The notes beneath the pieces were generated by a model that did not search any database, was not told the DNA's origin, and saw nothing but the letters and a program-made list of their open reading frames with translations. The position numbers were made by a program, and so were the translations under genes. Source: Actinomycetes bacterium (GTDB lineage: Bacteria; Actinomycetota; Acidimicrobiia; Acidimicrobiales; JAJZXF01). From it: 64,000 nucleotides of DNA. The stretch covers positions 1,162 through 65,161 of the forward strand of contig JAJZXF010000004.1 of assembly GCA_021802485.1 (NCBI GenBank), given 5' to 3'. Shown here piece by piece: positions 51,016 to 60,878 of this stretch. Positions within the stretch are counted from its first letter, which is position 1. The number at the start of each line of letters is the position of its first letter.

Positions 51016-51160
51016 TGTTAATGGCGCGGGGTCGAACATTAATGCACCGTTGATGTCTGCTGGTGGATAATCATCCCGTGGCTGATTTTCTTTCTGTGAT
51101 CGGGACTGTTGCCTTTGTCGCAGTCTCGCTGGCTCTAGCGAAGGCTCTGGAGCACGTGTG

Positions 51161-51250
51161 ATGAGTGCGTCAGATGCCATCTTGCTTGCCCTGTCGATCG
51201 TACTCTTTGCTTACCTGGGGTTGGCGCTCTTCAATCCCGAGCGGTTCTGA
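51161..51250 (+). CDS. kdpF: K+-transporting ATPase small subunit KdpF
   Basis: Too short for the ORF track. ATG 51161, 8 nt after GGAG, gives MSASDAILLALSIVLFAYLGLALFNPERF*. The stop overlaps the kdpA ATG (TGATG). Confidence 0.8.
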   Translation: MSASDAILLALSIVLFAYLGLALFNPERF

Positions 51251-52947
51251 TGTCAGTAGCGTTCCTCGCAACCCTCGCAGCGATGATCGTATGTCTCGCG
51301 CTTGCGTGGCGTTACCTCGGGTCCTACTTGGTTGCGGTCTACGAAGGAAGGGTGAAGTGGCTCTCGTTTGTTGAAAGGCCCCTCTACAGGCTGCTTGGCA
51401 CGGACCCTGATGCGGAGCAAAGCTGGCAGCGCTACACGCTGTCCTTGATCATCTTTTCGGGTGTGTCAATCCTCGTCACATACGTGCTCCTGCGAGCCCA
51501 GGGTGTGCTGCCGCTAAACCCTCAGCACCTGAAGGGTGTCACGCCTGGTCTCGCCTGGAACACTTCTGTGTCATTTGTCACGAACACCAACTGGCAGAAC
51601 TACGCAGGTGAGTCGACGATGTCCTATCTCTCGCAGATGGTGGCACTCGTGGTGCAGAATTTTGTCAGCCCCGCGGTTGGGATGCTTGTGGCAATTGCAT
51701 TGATCAGGGGGTTTGCACGCCGGAGTGTGAGCTATATCGGGAACTTCTGGGTTGATCTTGTTCGGAGCGTCATCTATATCTTGCTGCCGATATCGTCGGT
51801 CTTCGCCCTTGTCTTCATAGCTCAAGGCGCGGTCCAGACCTTCGGAGGGCCAGTGCACGTCTATGACGCACTGAACCACGTCACCCAGACGATCCCCCGC
51901 GGGCCAGTAGCTTCCCAGGAAGCGATCAAGCAGCTGGGCACCAATGGGGGCGGCTATTTCAATGCGAACGGCGCCCATCCCTTCGAGAACCCGACAGGGT
52001 TGACGAACTTCCTGTCCATCCTTCTATTGCTCTCAATCCCGGTCGCGCTCACCTATACCTTCGGCAAGATGGTTGGGAACGTCCGCCAGGGCGTCGCGGT
52101 GCTCGCGGCGATGACCATCCTCTTTGGAGCGTGGCTCGCGGTGACCGTCGCTGCTGAGCAGGGTCACAACCCAGCTGTCGCTGCAGCTGGCCTTGTGCAT
52201 CAGCCGGGTGGGAACATGCAGGGCAAGGAGACACGCTTCGGCGCCTCGAGTTCTGCTCTGTACGGCGTCGCCTCCACTCAGACATCGACCGGGTCTGCTG
52301 ACTCCTCCTACGACTCCTATACCCCCCTCGGTGGGCTGGGTCTCATGGCCGGGATGGCTCAGGGTGACGTCACCCCAGGTGGCGTGGGCAGCGGGCTGTA
52401 CACAATCCTGCTCTCTGCGATCATCGCCGTGTTCATTGGAGGCTTGATGGTCGGGCGAACCCCGGAGTACCTGGGGAAGAAGATCCAGGCGCGGGAGGTG
52501 AAGCTGGCGTCTTTCGGTGTGCTCGTGATGCCGATCACGGTGTTGGTCCTGACAGGCATCGCGGTAGCGATCCCAGCTGGAGCTTCCGCGGCGCTCAACA
52601 AGGGACCACACGGGTTCTCGGAGGTCTTTTATGCACTTCTGTCCCAAGGGAACAACAATGGCTCCGCGTTCGCTGGCCTGTCTGGGAATACGGCGTTTTA
52701 CAACATCGTGGGCGGTATCGATATGCTCATCGGGCGCTTTGCGATTATCGTGGCGGTACTAGCGCTTGCTGGTGCGCTCGCGAAGAAGGGCATCGTGCCG
52801 GCTTCTGCCGGAACATTCCGCACCGACACACCCATGTTCGTCGGCCTCCTCGTTGGGGTGATCGTGCTGGTTGGAGCGTTGACGTTCTTCCCTGCTCTAT
52901 CGGTCGGCCCTATCGTTGAGCAGTTCCTGCACGGGAGGTTCTTCTAA
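51250..52947 (+). CDS. kdpA: K+-transporting ATPase subunit KdpA
   Basis: 565 aa. ...[20 protein letters not shown]...[21 protein letters not shown]...[14 protein letters not shown]... are the KdpA selectivity-filter-like repeats. Confidence 0.97.
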   Translation: MSVAFLATLAAMIVCLALAWRYLGSYLVAVYEGRVKWLSFVERPLYRLLGTDPDAEQSWQRYTLSLIIFSGVSILVTYVLLRAQGVLPLNPQHLKGVTPGLAWNTSVSFVTNTNWQNYAGESTMSYLSQMVALVVQNFVSPAVGMLVAIALIRGFARRSVSYIGNFWVDLVRSVIYILLPISSVFALVFIAQGAVQTFGGPVHVYDALNHVTQTIPRGPVASQEAIKQLGTNGGGYFNANGAHPFENPTGLTNFLSILLLLSIPVALTYTFGKMVGNVRQGVAVLAAMTILFGAWLAVTVAAEQGHNPAVAAAGLVHQPGGNMQGKETRFGASSSALYGVASTQTSTGSADSSYDSYTPLGGLGLMAGMAQGDVTPGGVGSGLYTILLSAIIAVFIGGLMVGRTPEYLGKKIQAREVKLASFGVLVMPITVLVLTGIAVAIPAGASAALNKGPHGFSEVFYALLSQGNNNGSAFAGLSGNTAFYNIVGGIDMLIGRFAIIVAVLALAGALAKKGIVPASAGTFRTDTPMFVGLLVGVIVLVGALTFFPALSVGPIVEQFLHGRFF

Positions 52948-55022
52948 TGGCAAAGGAGATTCAGAGCTCGACGGCAAATGCTCAGCATGGTGTTGCGAAG
53001 GCCCGAGGCTTGTTCGATCCCGAGATACTTGTTCATGCGGGAGCGGGCGCGTTCCGCAAGTTGGATCCGAGGGTTCAGCTGAGGAACCCGGTGATGTTCG
53101 TTGTGCTGGTCGGAACCTGCGTGTGTTTCGTGGAGGCGGTCGCTCATCCATCGATCTTCACCTGGTCGGTCACGGTGTGGCTGGCACTGACCGTACTGTT
53201 TGCCAACTTTGCTGAGGCGATGGCGGAGGGTCGGGGCAAGGCCCAAGCTGACACGCTTCGTAAGATGCGAACGGAGACGGAGGCTCGCCTCCTTGCAGCG
53301 GATGGAACTGAACGGAGGGTGCCTGCATCCCAGCTCGCGAAAGGCGATCGGGTAGTTTGCGAAGCTGGAGACCTGATCCCCTCCGATGGCGAGATAGCCG
53401 AGGGGGTCGCTTCCGTGGACGAGTCAGCTATCACCGGCGAGTCCGCGCCGGTGATCCGCGAGTCCGGCGGAGACCGTTCAGCGGTGACAGGCGGGACGAA
53501 GGTGCTCTCCGATCGGATTGTGGTCGAGATCACCGCCGAGCCAGGACACACCTTCCTCGATCGCATGATCGGTCTAGTGGAAGGTGCGAGTCGCCAGAAG
53601 ACGCCTAATGAGATCGCGCTCACCATACTTCTCGCAGCCTTGACCATCATCTTTCTTCCGGTCGTCGTCGTACTACGCCCGTTTGGCTCGTATGCACATA
53701 GCCAGGTGTCCGTGGTGATCCTGATCGGCCTGCTGGTCTGCCTCATCCCGACCACGATCGGGGCGTTGCTCTCCGCAATTGGCATAGCGGGGATGGATCG
53801 TCTGGTGCAACGGAACGTGCTGGCGATGAGCGGCCGGGCGGTGGAGGCAGCTGGCGATGTCTCGACCCTGCTCTTGGACAAGACTGGCACGATCACCCTT
53901 GGGAATCGCATGGCGTCGGCGTTCCTGCCCGTCGGCGGCAGTGACGAGCAGGCTTTGGCAGATGCAGCCCAGCTTGCCTCGCTCGCGGACGAGACCCCTG
54001 AAGGTCGCTCGATTGTTGTACTGGCCAAGGAGCGTTTCGCTTTACGTGAACGAGAGCTCACGGAGGACCACTCGTTCATCCCGTTCTCTGCGCAGACTCG
54101 GATGTCCGGCCTGGACATTGCGGGCAGGCAAATTCGAAAGGGCGCCGCAGAGGCGGTACGGCGTTTTGTCACCGCGGCGGGAGGCAGTATTCCAGGAGAT
54201 CTGGATGAGATCGTTGAGCGGGTTGCGAAAGCTGGATCAACGCCACTAGCGGTAGCGGACGGGCCGCGGGTGCTGGGTGTTGTGGAGCTTAAGGACGTAG
54301 TAAAGGAGGGGATAGCTGAGCGTTTCGATCAGCTGCGTGCCATAGGCATAAAGACGGTGATGATCACCGGCGACAACCCCCTGACAGCTGCCGCGATCGC
54401 ATCTGAAGCTGGCGTGGACGACTACCTGGCCGAGGCGACTCCTGAGACGAAGATGGCCCTCATCGTCGCGGAGCAGGAGGGCGGCAAGCTGGTGGCGATG
54501 ACCGGAGATGGCACGAACGACGCCCCAGCGCTCGCTCAAGCCGACGTAGGTGTCGCTATGAACACCGGGACGACCGCGGCCAAGGAGGCTGGGAACATGG
54601 TCGATCTCGACTCGAACCCGACGAAGCTCATTGACATAGTAGAGGTCGGCAAGCAGCTCCTAATCACGAGAGGAGCGCTCACCACCTTTTCGATAGCGAA
54701 CGACGTTGCGAAGTACTTCGCGATCATTCCCGCTCTCTTTGCAGAGACGTACGCGCGACCACATCACCCTGGTCCACTCGAGGTGCTGAACGTCATGCAC
54801 CTGCATAGCCCGACCAGCGCAGTCCTGTCAGCGGTGATCTTTAACGCAATCATCATCATCGCGCTCATCCCACTTGCTCTTCGGGGAGTGCGTTTCCGGC
54901 CTGCATCCGCGATGTCGATCTTGCGCAGGAACGTGTGGATCTATGGCGTTGGAGGTCTAGTCATGCCGTTCATCGGGATCAAGCTCATCGACATGCTCCT
55001 TACCGTAACGAGGCTTTACTGA
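52947..55022 (+). CDS. kdpB: K+-transporting P-type ATPase subunit KdpB
   Basis: 691 aa. The phosphorylation site is [13 protein letters not shown]. Also present are [14 protein letters not shown] and [21 protein letters not shown]. Confidence 0.97.
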   Translation: MAKEIQSSTANAQHGVAKARGLFDPEILVHAGAGAFRKLDPRVQLRNPVMFVVLVGTCVCFVEAVAHPSIFTWSVTVWLALTVLFANFAEAMAEGRGKAQADTLRKMRTETEARLLAADGTERRVPASQLAKGDRVVCEAGDLIPSDGEIAEGVASVDESAITGESAPVIRESGGDRSAVTGGTKVLSDRIVVEITAEPGHTFLDRMIGLVEGASRQKTPNEIALTILLAALTIIFLPVVVVLRPFGSYAHSQVSVVILIGLLVCLIPTTIGALLSAIGIAGMDRLVQRNVLAMSGRAVEAAGDVSTLLLDKTGTITLGNRMASAFLPVGGSDEQALADAAQLASLADETPEGRSIVVLAKERFALRERELTEDHSFIPFSAQTRMSGLDIAGRQIRKGAAEAVRRFVTAAGGSIPGDLDEIVERVAKAGSTPLAVADGPRVLGVVELKDVVKEGIAERFDQLRAIGIKTVMITGDNPLTAAAIASEAGVDDYLAEATPETKMALIVAEQEGGKLVAMTGDGTNDAPALAQADVGVAMNTGTTAAKEAGNMVDLDSNPTKLIDIVEVGKQLLITRGALTTFSIANDVAKYFAIIPALFAETYARPHHPGPLEVLNVMHLHSPTSAVLSAVIFNAIIIIALIPLALRGVRFRPASAMSILRRNVWIYGVGGLVMPFIGIKLIDMLLTVTRLY

Positions 55023-55552
55023 TGCTTCTCCAGCTACGTCGATCGATAGTCGCAGTGGTGTTCTTTGTCATACTGTGCGGCATTTGCTATCCACTCGCAG
55101 AGACTGGGCTCGGACAGCTGTTCTTCCCTCACCAGGCGAATGGCTCGTTGATCCATGGTGGGTCTGCGCTCATCGGGCAGCGCTGGAGCGGCCCGTCGTG
55201 GTTCCATGGGCGGCCGGGGCCCTACGATGCAGCAGCGAGCGGCGCGACAAACCTCGGGCCGCGTTCGAGGGTGCTCAAGGAGCATGTAGCAGCACGCATT
55301 GCCAGGTGGCACCGCCTCGGCGTCAACCCGACACCTGAGCTGGTTGAGAGCTCTGGTAGTGGCCTGGATCCCGACATCAGCCCCGCATCTGCTTATGCCC
55401 AGGTGAAGATGGTCGCGCGAGCGCGGCACCTGCCGGTGTCGACCGTCAGAAGCCTTGTCACGAGGAGCGTTCATGCCAGGGAGTTCGGCTTCCTGGGCGA
55501 GCCGTACGTGAATGTACTGGAGCTTAATCATGCGCTTGCAGGTCTGAGGTAG
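55022..55552 (+). CDS. kdpC: K+-transporting ATPase subunit KdpC
   Basis: The ATG at 55022 overlaps the kdpB stop (TGATG). [43 protein letters not shown]...SSGSGLDPDISPASAYAQV... Confidence 0.93.
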   Translation: MLLQLRRSIVAVVFFVILCGICYPLAETGLGQLFFPHQANGSLIHGGSALIGQRWSGPSWFHGRPGPYDAAASGATNLGPRSRVLKEHVAARIARWHRLGVNPTPELVESSGSGLDPDISPASAYAQVKMVARARHLPVSTVRSLVTRSVHAREFGFLGEPYVNVLELNHALAGLR

Positions 55553-55694
55553 GCTGAACAGCATGAGCTGGACAGATGGCCGGCGCCCGGAGTCTCCGAT
55601 TATGCGGTGGCTGGGTAAGATTCTTCGAGCGCTGTGGTGGTGGGGGTGGTGGTAGGGGGCGTGGGAGCGTAGGCGCCGGGCGTAGTGCGCCTAG

Positions 55695-58600
55695 TCACGC
55701 CCAGGTTCTCCACGCATGGCGAATGTTCTGACGAACGGCCGCGACATGGTCTCGCTTGGTGACCAAGACGGTGGCGAGGCCGATGAGGAGCAACCCTAGG
55801 GTGGCCAGGAAGGTGAACAGAGGGAGACCTCGCGCTGCGTCGCCGAGAGCCCAAAGTCCGCCAGCGGCAATTGCAGCGGCCCCGCCGATGACCGGCACTC
55901 GCCGCCGTAGTGCGATCCCTGCGAAGAGTGATACGACGCCTTCAGCGACGAGAAGCGGAACGGTCACCGTTGGCGGCGGAGCGTAAACACCCAAACGGTG
56001 CACTGCAACCATCTGCACTGCGGTTGTGCCTGCGAGAAGGGCAAGGCCGGCGGCAGCGAGTGTCCTGGCTGCCTGAATGCTTCCTGGAGCGCGTTCAATA
56101 GCCGGCATGACGATTCCAACGAGAATCAGGCAAAGGCCAGGCCCGAGAACGTACCATTGTGGATCTGTTGCCCCTGCGATGCGGGCCAGCGGAAGGCTGA
56201 TCAGAGACGCGATTACGGGTGACGCCCACGCTAGCCACCATGGTCCGCGCAATCGTCTCTCGAGTGCGAGGTCAAGAGCGAGCACAGCGAGAATGCCGGC
56301 CGTGATAGGCAACAGGGCGTCGTTGCGGTGGATCCAGGTGTGGGAGTCTACGAGCATCACAGCCGCGAGGATCGACATTCCAATGATTGCTCCGCTCCTG
56401 TGGGCAGCGCCGTGATCCAGCAGACTCCCGGTTCTTTCTTCCATCCCGATCTCGCGGGTAGCTCTCGGCGTCCCCTGCGACAAGGTCGTTGGTGCTCGCG
56501 GGTGACCCTCTGGGGGGAGTGCGGATCCTCCCGAGTCCGCAAGTGGGCTGTAGCGAGGCGAAGCGCCCGCGCGAGGAAACAGCGTGCCTATAACGACGCC
56601 AGAGAGGTAGCCTATGGTGCAGACTGCAGCAAGTGCGAGCGGGTAGGTTCGTCCAGTGGCGCCTTCTCCCGCTAGGACAGAGACTGTCGCAGCTGCTAGG
56701 AGTGCTATGGCCATGGCGCCTACCTGCGGGACCCTCTCGAGGCTCGCTATTAGTTCAACCGCTACTGCACAAGCGAGGAGAAGCCCCCCGGCAAGGACGT
56801 CCCGGTGGGTCGCGAGTGCGAGGAACACGACGGTAAACCCGACCAACCCGGCAAATGTGTAGGCGGGAGCCGCCCATTCCCGCCCTGAGCGAAGGGAAAT
56901 GATCAGAGCTGCACCAGCGAGGATGAACCCAAGCGGCAGGTACGCGCTCGCTACCGGGCCGGGGGCTAGGCCTGAGAGATGACCGGAGCGCGTTTGAAGG
57001 TGGAGTCCGAGGTGTAGCCCGAGGCTTTGAGCACCCAGAGCGAGGAAGAGCCAAGCCGTCGAGAGGATGGCTCCGGTTCCGAATAGTAGGTTTGGCCTCC
57101 TGTTCCTAACTGCAATGAAGGTTGGTGACGCTGCTGCGACCAGAAGCACGCTGGCCTCAAGCCACCACGGATGGGCGACAATTAGGAACAGCGTTGCGAG
57201 TGCTTGAATCACGGACGCGACGCGCAGGAACTCGAGGAAGCTTTCAACTCCAGACCCAGGTGGTGCCTGCGGGGGTGGCTGTGGAGACCACGGAAACTGG
57301 GGTGGCTGTTGGGGGGCCTGAGACCTTGTCGGCCATGGCAGCCTCTCGAGAACCGGTTGCAGTGAGGTTGAGGACGCTGCCCAAGCGAACAATACCGAGA
57401 GAAATGCAAGCTCACCGCCTGAGGCAACCCGACCCCCATTGAATGCGAGGCCAATTGCCAACACGCTCAGGCTTGTGCCTGCGGCAACCAGCCAGACAAG
57501 GTTGCTCCGTCGGTAGTACCAGCAGGCTAGGGCGAGTTCAAGTGTCACGACGACGAGGGTGCAGGCACGGGGTGTTGCGTAAGGGGCTGACCATGCGACA
57601 GCGATCGTGGCACCCGAGAACGCAAGCGGCTCAGCCAGTTGCCGTGGCATCCTGAGGCGTCTAGTGGAAGGGGTCCCTTCCCCAGTGCTCCGGTGCCCCA
57701 GAGCGCCGTAGACAATAGCTATTGGCGCAAAGCCAGCGCCGTCCCATATCCCTGCATGTGCAGCGACGAGCGCGCTGGACCAGCTGATCGCAAGCGCGAC
57801 GGCCGCTAGGGCGCCGTAAGCAAGGGAACCCGTGGAGAACGCAAGCGCGCCATAGAGCATCATGCAGACGAAGGCACCCGCGAATAGCGCAGTAGCTGGG
57901 CTGATCCCCGTAGTGCCAACGTGTAGGGCGAACCCCTCTGCGACTAGCACCAACGGGAATAGAAGGGACGCGACGCCGAGGTAGACGGTTCCGACCATTG
58001 CGAGGCGCTCGTAGCGACGGCATATTGCGGCACCGATCGCGAACATAGCGTCAAGCGCTGCAAGCGCGAGCAATCTTAGAACCTGCTGGCCGGGTGGCGC
58101 ACCGTATGCTTCGAAGAGGACCGTTGCGATCATGAGCAGGAACGCGCCGGTATAGGCGAGGAGCTGTACCCCGAGATCTGAGGTGAAGCCCCCGGGAGGT
58201 TTGCCGGATTCCCCCGGGTGCACATCGCTGTTTACGGGGCGTTGTGAGCTGGGGGAAGGGCCGGGGAAGGAATGCGGAGGTGTCGGATGCCCGGCATAGG
58301 CCTGGAGCGGAACAGACCCAGGGAACGGCACACGAGATTGAGGAGAATGTGCCCAGGCGCCCGGGGGTGGTCGGGCGGCCGCGCTGGCAAGGAAGGTGTC
58401 TGCGGTCGCGATACGCATTTCGAGCACGTGACGAAGGTGTGCGATTCCATCAGATGTGAGCGCTCCACCTGGAGAAACCCCGTTGATCTCTTCCAGTGAG
58501 GTCGCAGAGCGGTTGCGTTGGATGTATACCGTTCGCAGGTACCGTTCTGGCGGGACTCCCGCGGCGATGAGGGCCATTGCGGCTGCAACCTCAGTGGTCG

Positions 58601-58760
58601 AGCCCCGCTGCAATGAGTTGATTGCAGCTTCAGCTGCTGCGCGAGATGCTGCTTCATCTACGGAGAGGTTGGTCCTTGCCCACCGTTCCCACTGGGAAAC
58701 TGCCGCAGCCCGCGCGTCCTCGGCGCCACGGCTTGCCGACCAATCCCCTTCATCCACCAC
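55695..58760 (-). CDS. Large polytopic membrane protein of unknown function (about 200-aa soluble N-domain, Pro-rich linker, more than 20 predicted TM helices)
   Basis: 1021-aa ORF that is hydrophobic throughout after residue ~200. Internal hydrophilic Pro-rich loops (e.g. SQAPQQPPQFPWSPQPPPQAPPGS). No catalytic motif recognised. Confidence 0.7.
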   Translation of the reverse strand: MVDEGDWSASRGAEDARAAAVSQWERWARTNLSVDEAASRAAAEAAINSLQRGSTTEVAAAMALIAAGVPPERYLRTVYIQRNRSATSLEEINGVSPGGALTSDGIAHLRHVLEMRIATADTFLASAAARPPPGAWAHSPQSRVPFPGSVPLQAYAGHPTPPHSFPGPSPSSQRPVNSDVHPGESGKPPGGFTSDLGVQLLAYTGAFLLMIATVLFEAYGAPPGQQVLRLLALAALDAMFAIGAAICRRYERLAMVGTVYLGVASLLFPLVLVAEGFALHVGTTGISPATALFAGAFVCMMLYGALAFSTGSLAYGALAAVALAISWSSALVAAHAGIWDGAGFAPIAIVYGALGHRSTGEGTPSTRRLRMPRQLAEPLAFSGATIAVAWSAPYATPRACTLVVVTLELALACWYYRRSNLVWLVAAGTSLSVLAIGLAFNGGRVASGGELAFLSVLFAWAASSTSLQPVLERLPWPTRSQAPQQPPQFPWSPQPPPQAPPGSGVESFLEFLRVASVIQALATLFLIVAHPWWLEASVLLVAAASPTFIAVRNRRPNLLFGTGAILSTAWLFLALGAQSLGLHLGLHLQTRSGHLSGLAPGPVASAYLPLGFILAGAALIISLRSGREWAAPAYTFAGLVGFTVVFLALATHRDVLAGGLLLACAVAVELIASLERVPQVGAMAIALLAAATVSVLAGEGATGRTYPLALAAVCTIGYLSGVVIGTLFPRAGASPRYSPLADSGGSALPPEGHPRAPTTLSQGTPRATREIGMEERTGSLLDHGAAHRSGAIIGMSILAAVMLVDSHTWIHRNDALLPITAGILAVLALDLALERRLRGPWWLAWASPVIASLISLPLARIAGATDPQWYVLGPGLCLILVGIVMPAIERAPGSIQAARTLAAAGLALLAGTTAVQMVAVHRLGVYAPPPTVTVPLLVAEGVVSLFAGIALRRRVPVIGGAAAIAAGGLWALGDAARGLPLFTFLATLGLLLIGLATVLVTKRDHVAAVRQNIRHAWRTWA

Positions 58761-58839
58761 GTCGCAAGCCTAGCCTATGTGCTTGATCTCAACTTTGGGA
58801 GATGTCGACGGACCTTGTAGCAGTTGGTAGCCTGGTCGA

Positions 58840-59331
58840 GTGGACATAGCGTTCGCTCCAGCAGCGGGGACCGTATGGACGCCAGTTTCGTCGCAGCTTC
58901 GAGCCATGCGAAGGATTCTTGCGATAGCGGGGCTTGCGGTGCCCACGGGGTTCGGTGTGGTTCTCTGTGAAGTCCAAGGCGGCGGGGGATGGTTCGCGAT
59001 ACCGATCGCAGCGTTCGCACTGGTTGGTACCTATGCGTGGTGGTCCATTGGTCGCAACTGGAGATCTTGGGGATATGCGGAGCGGGCGGACGACCTCTTA
59101 ATCACGCACGGAGCGTTCTTTAGGAGACTGGTCGTTGTCCCCTATGGCAGGATGCAGCTGGTGGATGTTGAGGCCGGACCGATAGAACGGATGTTTGGGC
59201 TGGTCAGAGTCAAGTTGCACACAGCCTCTGCGGGGACCGATGCTTGTATCGAGGGGCTGACCCAAGTCGACGCGGCTGCGCTCAGGGACCGCCTCGCGGC
59301 GCTTGGTGAGGCGAGGGCAGCCGGGCTTTGA
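58840..59331 (+). CDS. YdbS-like membrane protein with one bacterial PH (bPH_2) domain
   Basis: 163 aa. Two TM helices, then ...WGYAERADDLLITHGAFFRRLVVVPYGRMQLVDVEAGPIERMFGLVRVKLHTAS... (bPH_2 pattern). Confidence 0.75.
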   Translation: MDIAFAPAAGTVWTPVSSQLRAMRRILAIAGLAVPTGFGVVLCEVQGGGGWFAIPIAAFALVGTYAWWSIGRNWRSWGYAERADDLLITHGAFFRRLVVVPYGRMQLVDVEAGPIERMFGLVRVKLHTASAGTDACIEGLTQVDAAALRDRLAALGEARAAGL

Positions 59332-60878
59332 CCACGCGGCCGCCTGGCCTGGGGCGTGGGCCGATGGATGGAACTAACCAGGAAACCAGTCGGGCGCAGG
59401 TCTCTCGGCCTGCTCCGGTGGCTGGCTCGTTCGGCCTCGAGTCCCCTGCGCAGATTACGAAACCGCGGCGCCTGCACGCTCTCACGCCTGTGGTGCTTAT
59501 CACCCAGGCTGTGATACCCGCGCTGGTGGTTGCGGGCTTCGACCTTCCCCACTCGCGCGCCTCACAGGCCAGCACTTCGCTCCTTGCACTGCTGCCCTTC
59601 CTGGCTATCCCAGTGGCAGCTGGTATTTTCGGAGCTGTTTCGTGGGTGGTTACCCGATTTCATTTCGAGGCTGGCGAGTTACGCGTCGACTCCGGCATAG
59701 CGTTCCGCCAGTCGAAGCGGGTGCGGTTGGATCGAATGCAGGCCGTTGACGTGCTTCAACCGTTCTTTGCCCGCATGTTCGGCCTTGCGGAGCTGCGGAT
59801 CACGACAGCAGGCGGGTCTCGGCGCTCATTGCGGTTGCGATACCTCTCGCTTGTCGAGGCCCGGGATCTACGGGCTGAGCTTCTTGGACAGGCTGCAGGG
59901 CTCGGGAGCGGAGTAAAAGAGGCGCCGGAGCAGCCTCTTGTAGTTGTACCGCACTCGATGCTCGTGTGGTCGAGTATCTTGCGCCTTCTGCCGGTATGGG
60001 TCGTGCTACTTGCCGGAGTGGCGGCATTGATCACAGCAAGGGTGGCGTCGCAGGCGAGCGCTTCGATGCTCGCACCGCTCCTCGCACTGGTGCCGATTAT
60101 GGTGTTTGTAAGCGGCCAGCTCTTCTGGAGAAGGGTGAGCACCTGGTGGGGCTTCACGGTTGCAGAATCACCCGATGGGCTTCGCCTCCGGCACGGGCTG
60201 CTCTCGATCAGATCACAGACTGTTCCCCCTGGCAGGGTTCAAGCTCTCAAGATCCACCAGCCGCTTGTCTGGCGAATGTTTGGTTGGGCAGAGGTGATGA
60301 TGAACGTGGCAGGCTATAGCGGCGGCGGTGCAAGGAGCAAGGAGGCGCCGAAGACCGTCCTCTTGCCGGTCGCTCCCACAGCGGTCGCGCTTGCGCTGGC
60401 CGGCAGGTTGGTCGGCGCTGATATAGCTAGGGTGCCGATGAGGCGACCCCCTAGGCGAGCCGCGGCCTGCGCACCGCTGTGGTGGAAGCGGATGGGGGTC
60501 GGCAGAGACGACGCCATCTTCGTTACGATGCACGGATTGGTTTCGAGGTCCGTGGATGTCGTCAGGCATGAGCGCACACAGAGCGTTCGCCTGACAGCAG
60601 GTCCATGGCAACGGGCCTGGAGGTTGGCGACGGTGCATCTCGACTCAGCGAAGGGCCCCGTTCATATGCGCGCTGCATTCCGTGATTCAGCAGAGGCGCG
60701 AGACATCCTCTACGACCAAGCGGACCGGGCTCGCTTTGCGAGGCGTTATGCGGTGCCAGATCGCTGGATGCAACCGCAGACGCCGGGGTTTGCTACTGAA
60801 GATCGCTCCGCAGCACAAAGAGGAGGTGGTACGGGCCGCGGCAGCGTCGCGGGCAACGACATGGGAGATATCGGCTAG
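59328..60878 (+). CDS. YdbT-like membrane protein with three bPH_2 repeats
   Basis: 516 aa, overlapping the upstream gene by ATGA. Repeated ...RFHFEAGELRVDSGIAFRQSKRVRLDRMQAVDVLQPFFARMFGLAELRITTAG... units alternate with TM hairpins. Confidence 0.75.
   Translation: MTTRPPGLGRGPMDGTNQETSRAQVSRPAPVAGSFGLESPAQITKPRRLHALTPVVLITQAVIPALVVAGFDLPHSRASQASTSLLALLPFLAIPVAAGIFGAVSWVVTRFHFEAGELRVDSGIAFRQSKRVRLDRMQAVDVLQPFFARMFGLAELRITTAGGSRRSLRLRYLSLVEARDLRAELLGQAAGLGSGVKEAPEQPLVVVPHSMLVWSSILRLLPVWVVLLAGVAALITARVASQASASMLAPLLALVPIMVFVSGQLFWRRVSTWWGFTVAESPDGLRLRHGLLSIRSQTVPPGRVQALKIHQPLVWRMFGWAEVMMNVAGYSGGGARSKEAPKTVLLPVAPTAVALALAGRLVGADIARVPMRRPPRRAAACAPLWWKRMGVGRDDAIFVTMHGLVSRSVDVVRHERTQSVRLTAGPWQRAWRLATVHLDSAKGPVHMRAAFRDSAEARDILYDQADRARFARRYAVPDRWMQPQTPGFATEDRSAAQRGGGTGRGSVAGNDMGDIG

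Noticed and set aside
53144-54172. Long antisense ORFs throughout the window, such as 53144-54172 (342 aa, opposite kdpB). Others are 9377-10186, 14067-14840, 16046-16960, 30332-31240, 42172-42807 and 62298-63527.
   Set aside because: Each lies opposite a gene with strong family signatures. Their translations are Arg/Ser/Pro/Ala-rich low-complexity strings, typical of shadow frames in high-GC DNA, and none has an RBS or a conserved motif.
55636-55668. G-rich tract GGTGGTGGGGGTGGTGGTAGGGGGCGTGGGAG (possible G-quadruplex) between the convergent kdpC and the large membrane-protein gene.
   Set aside because: It is a single short tract in a high-GC genome, with G-runs mostly of two, and no evidence of function. 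It is noted only as a possible contributor to termination between convergent genes.
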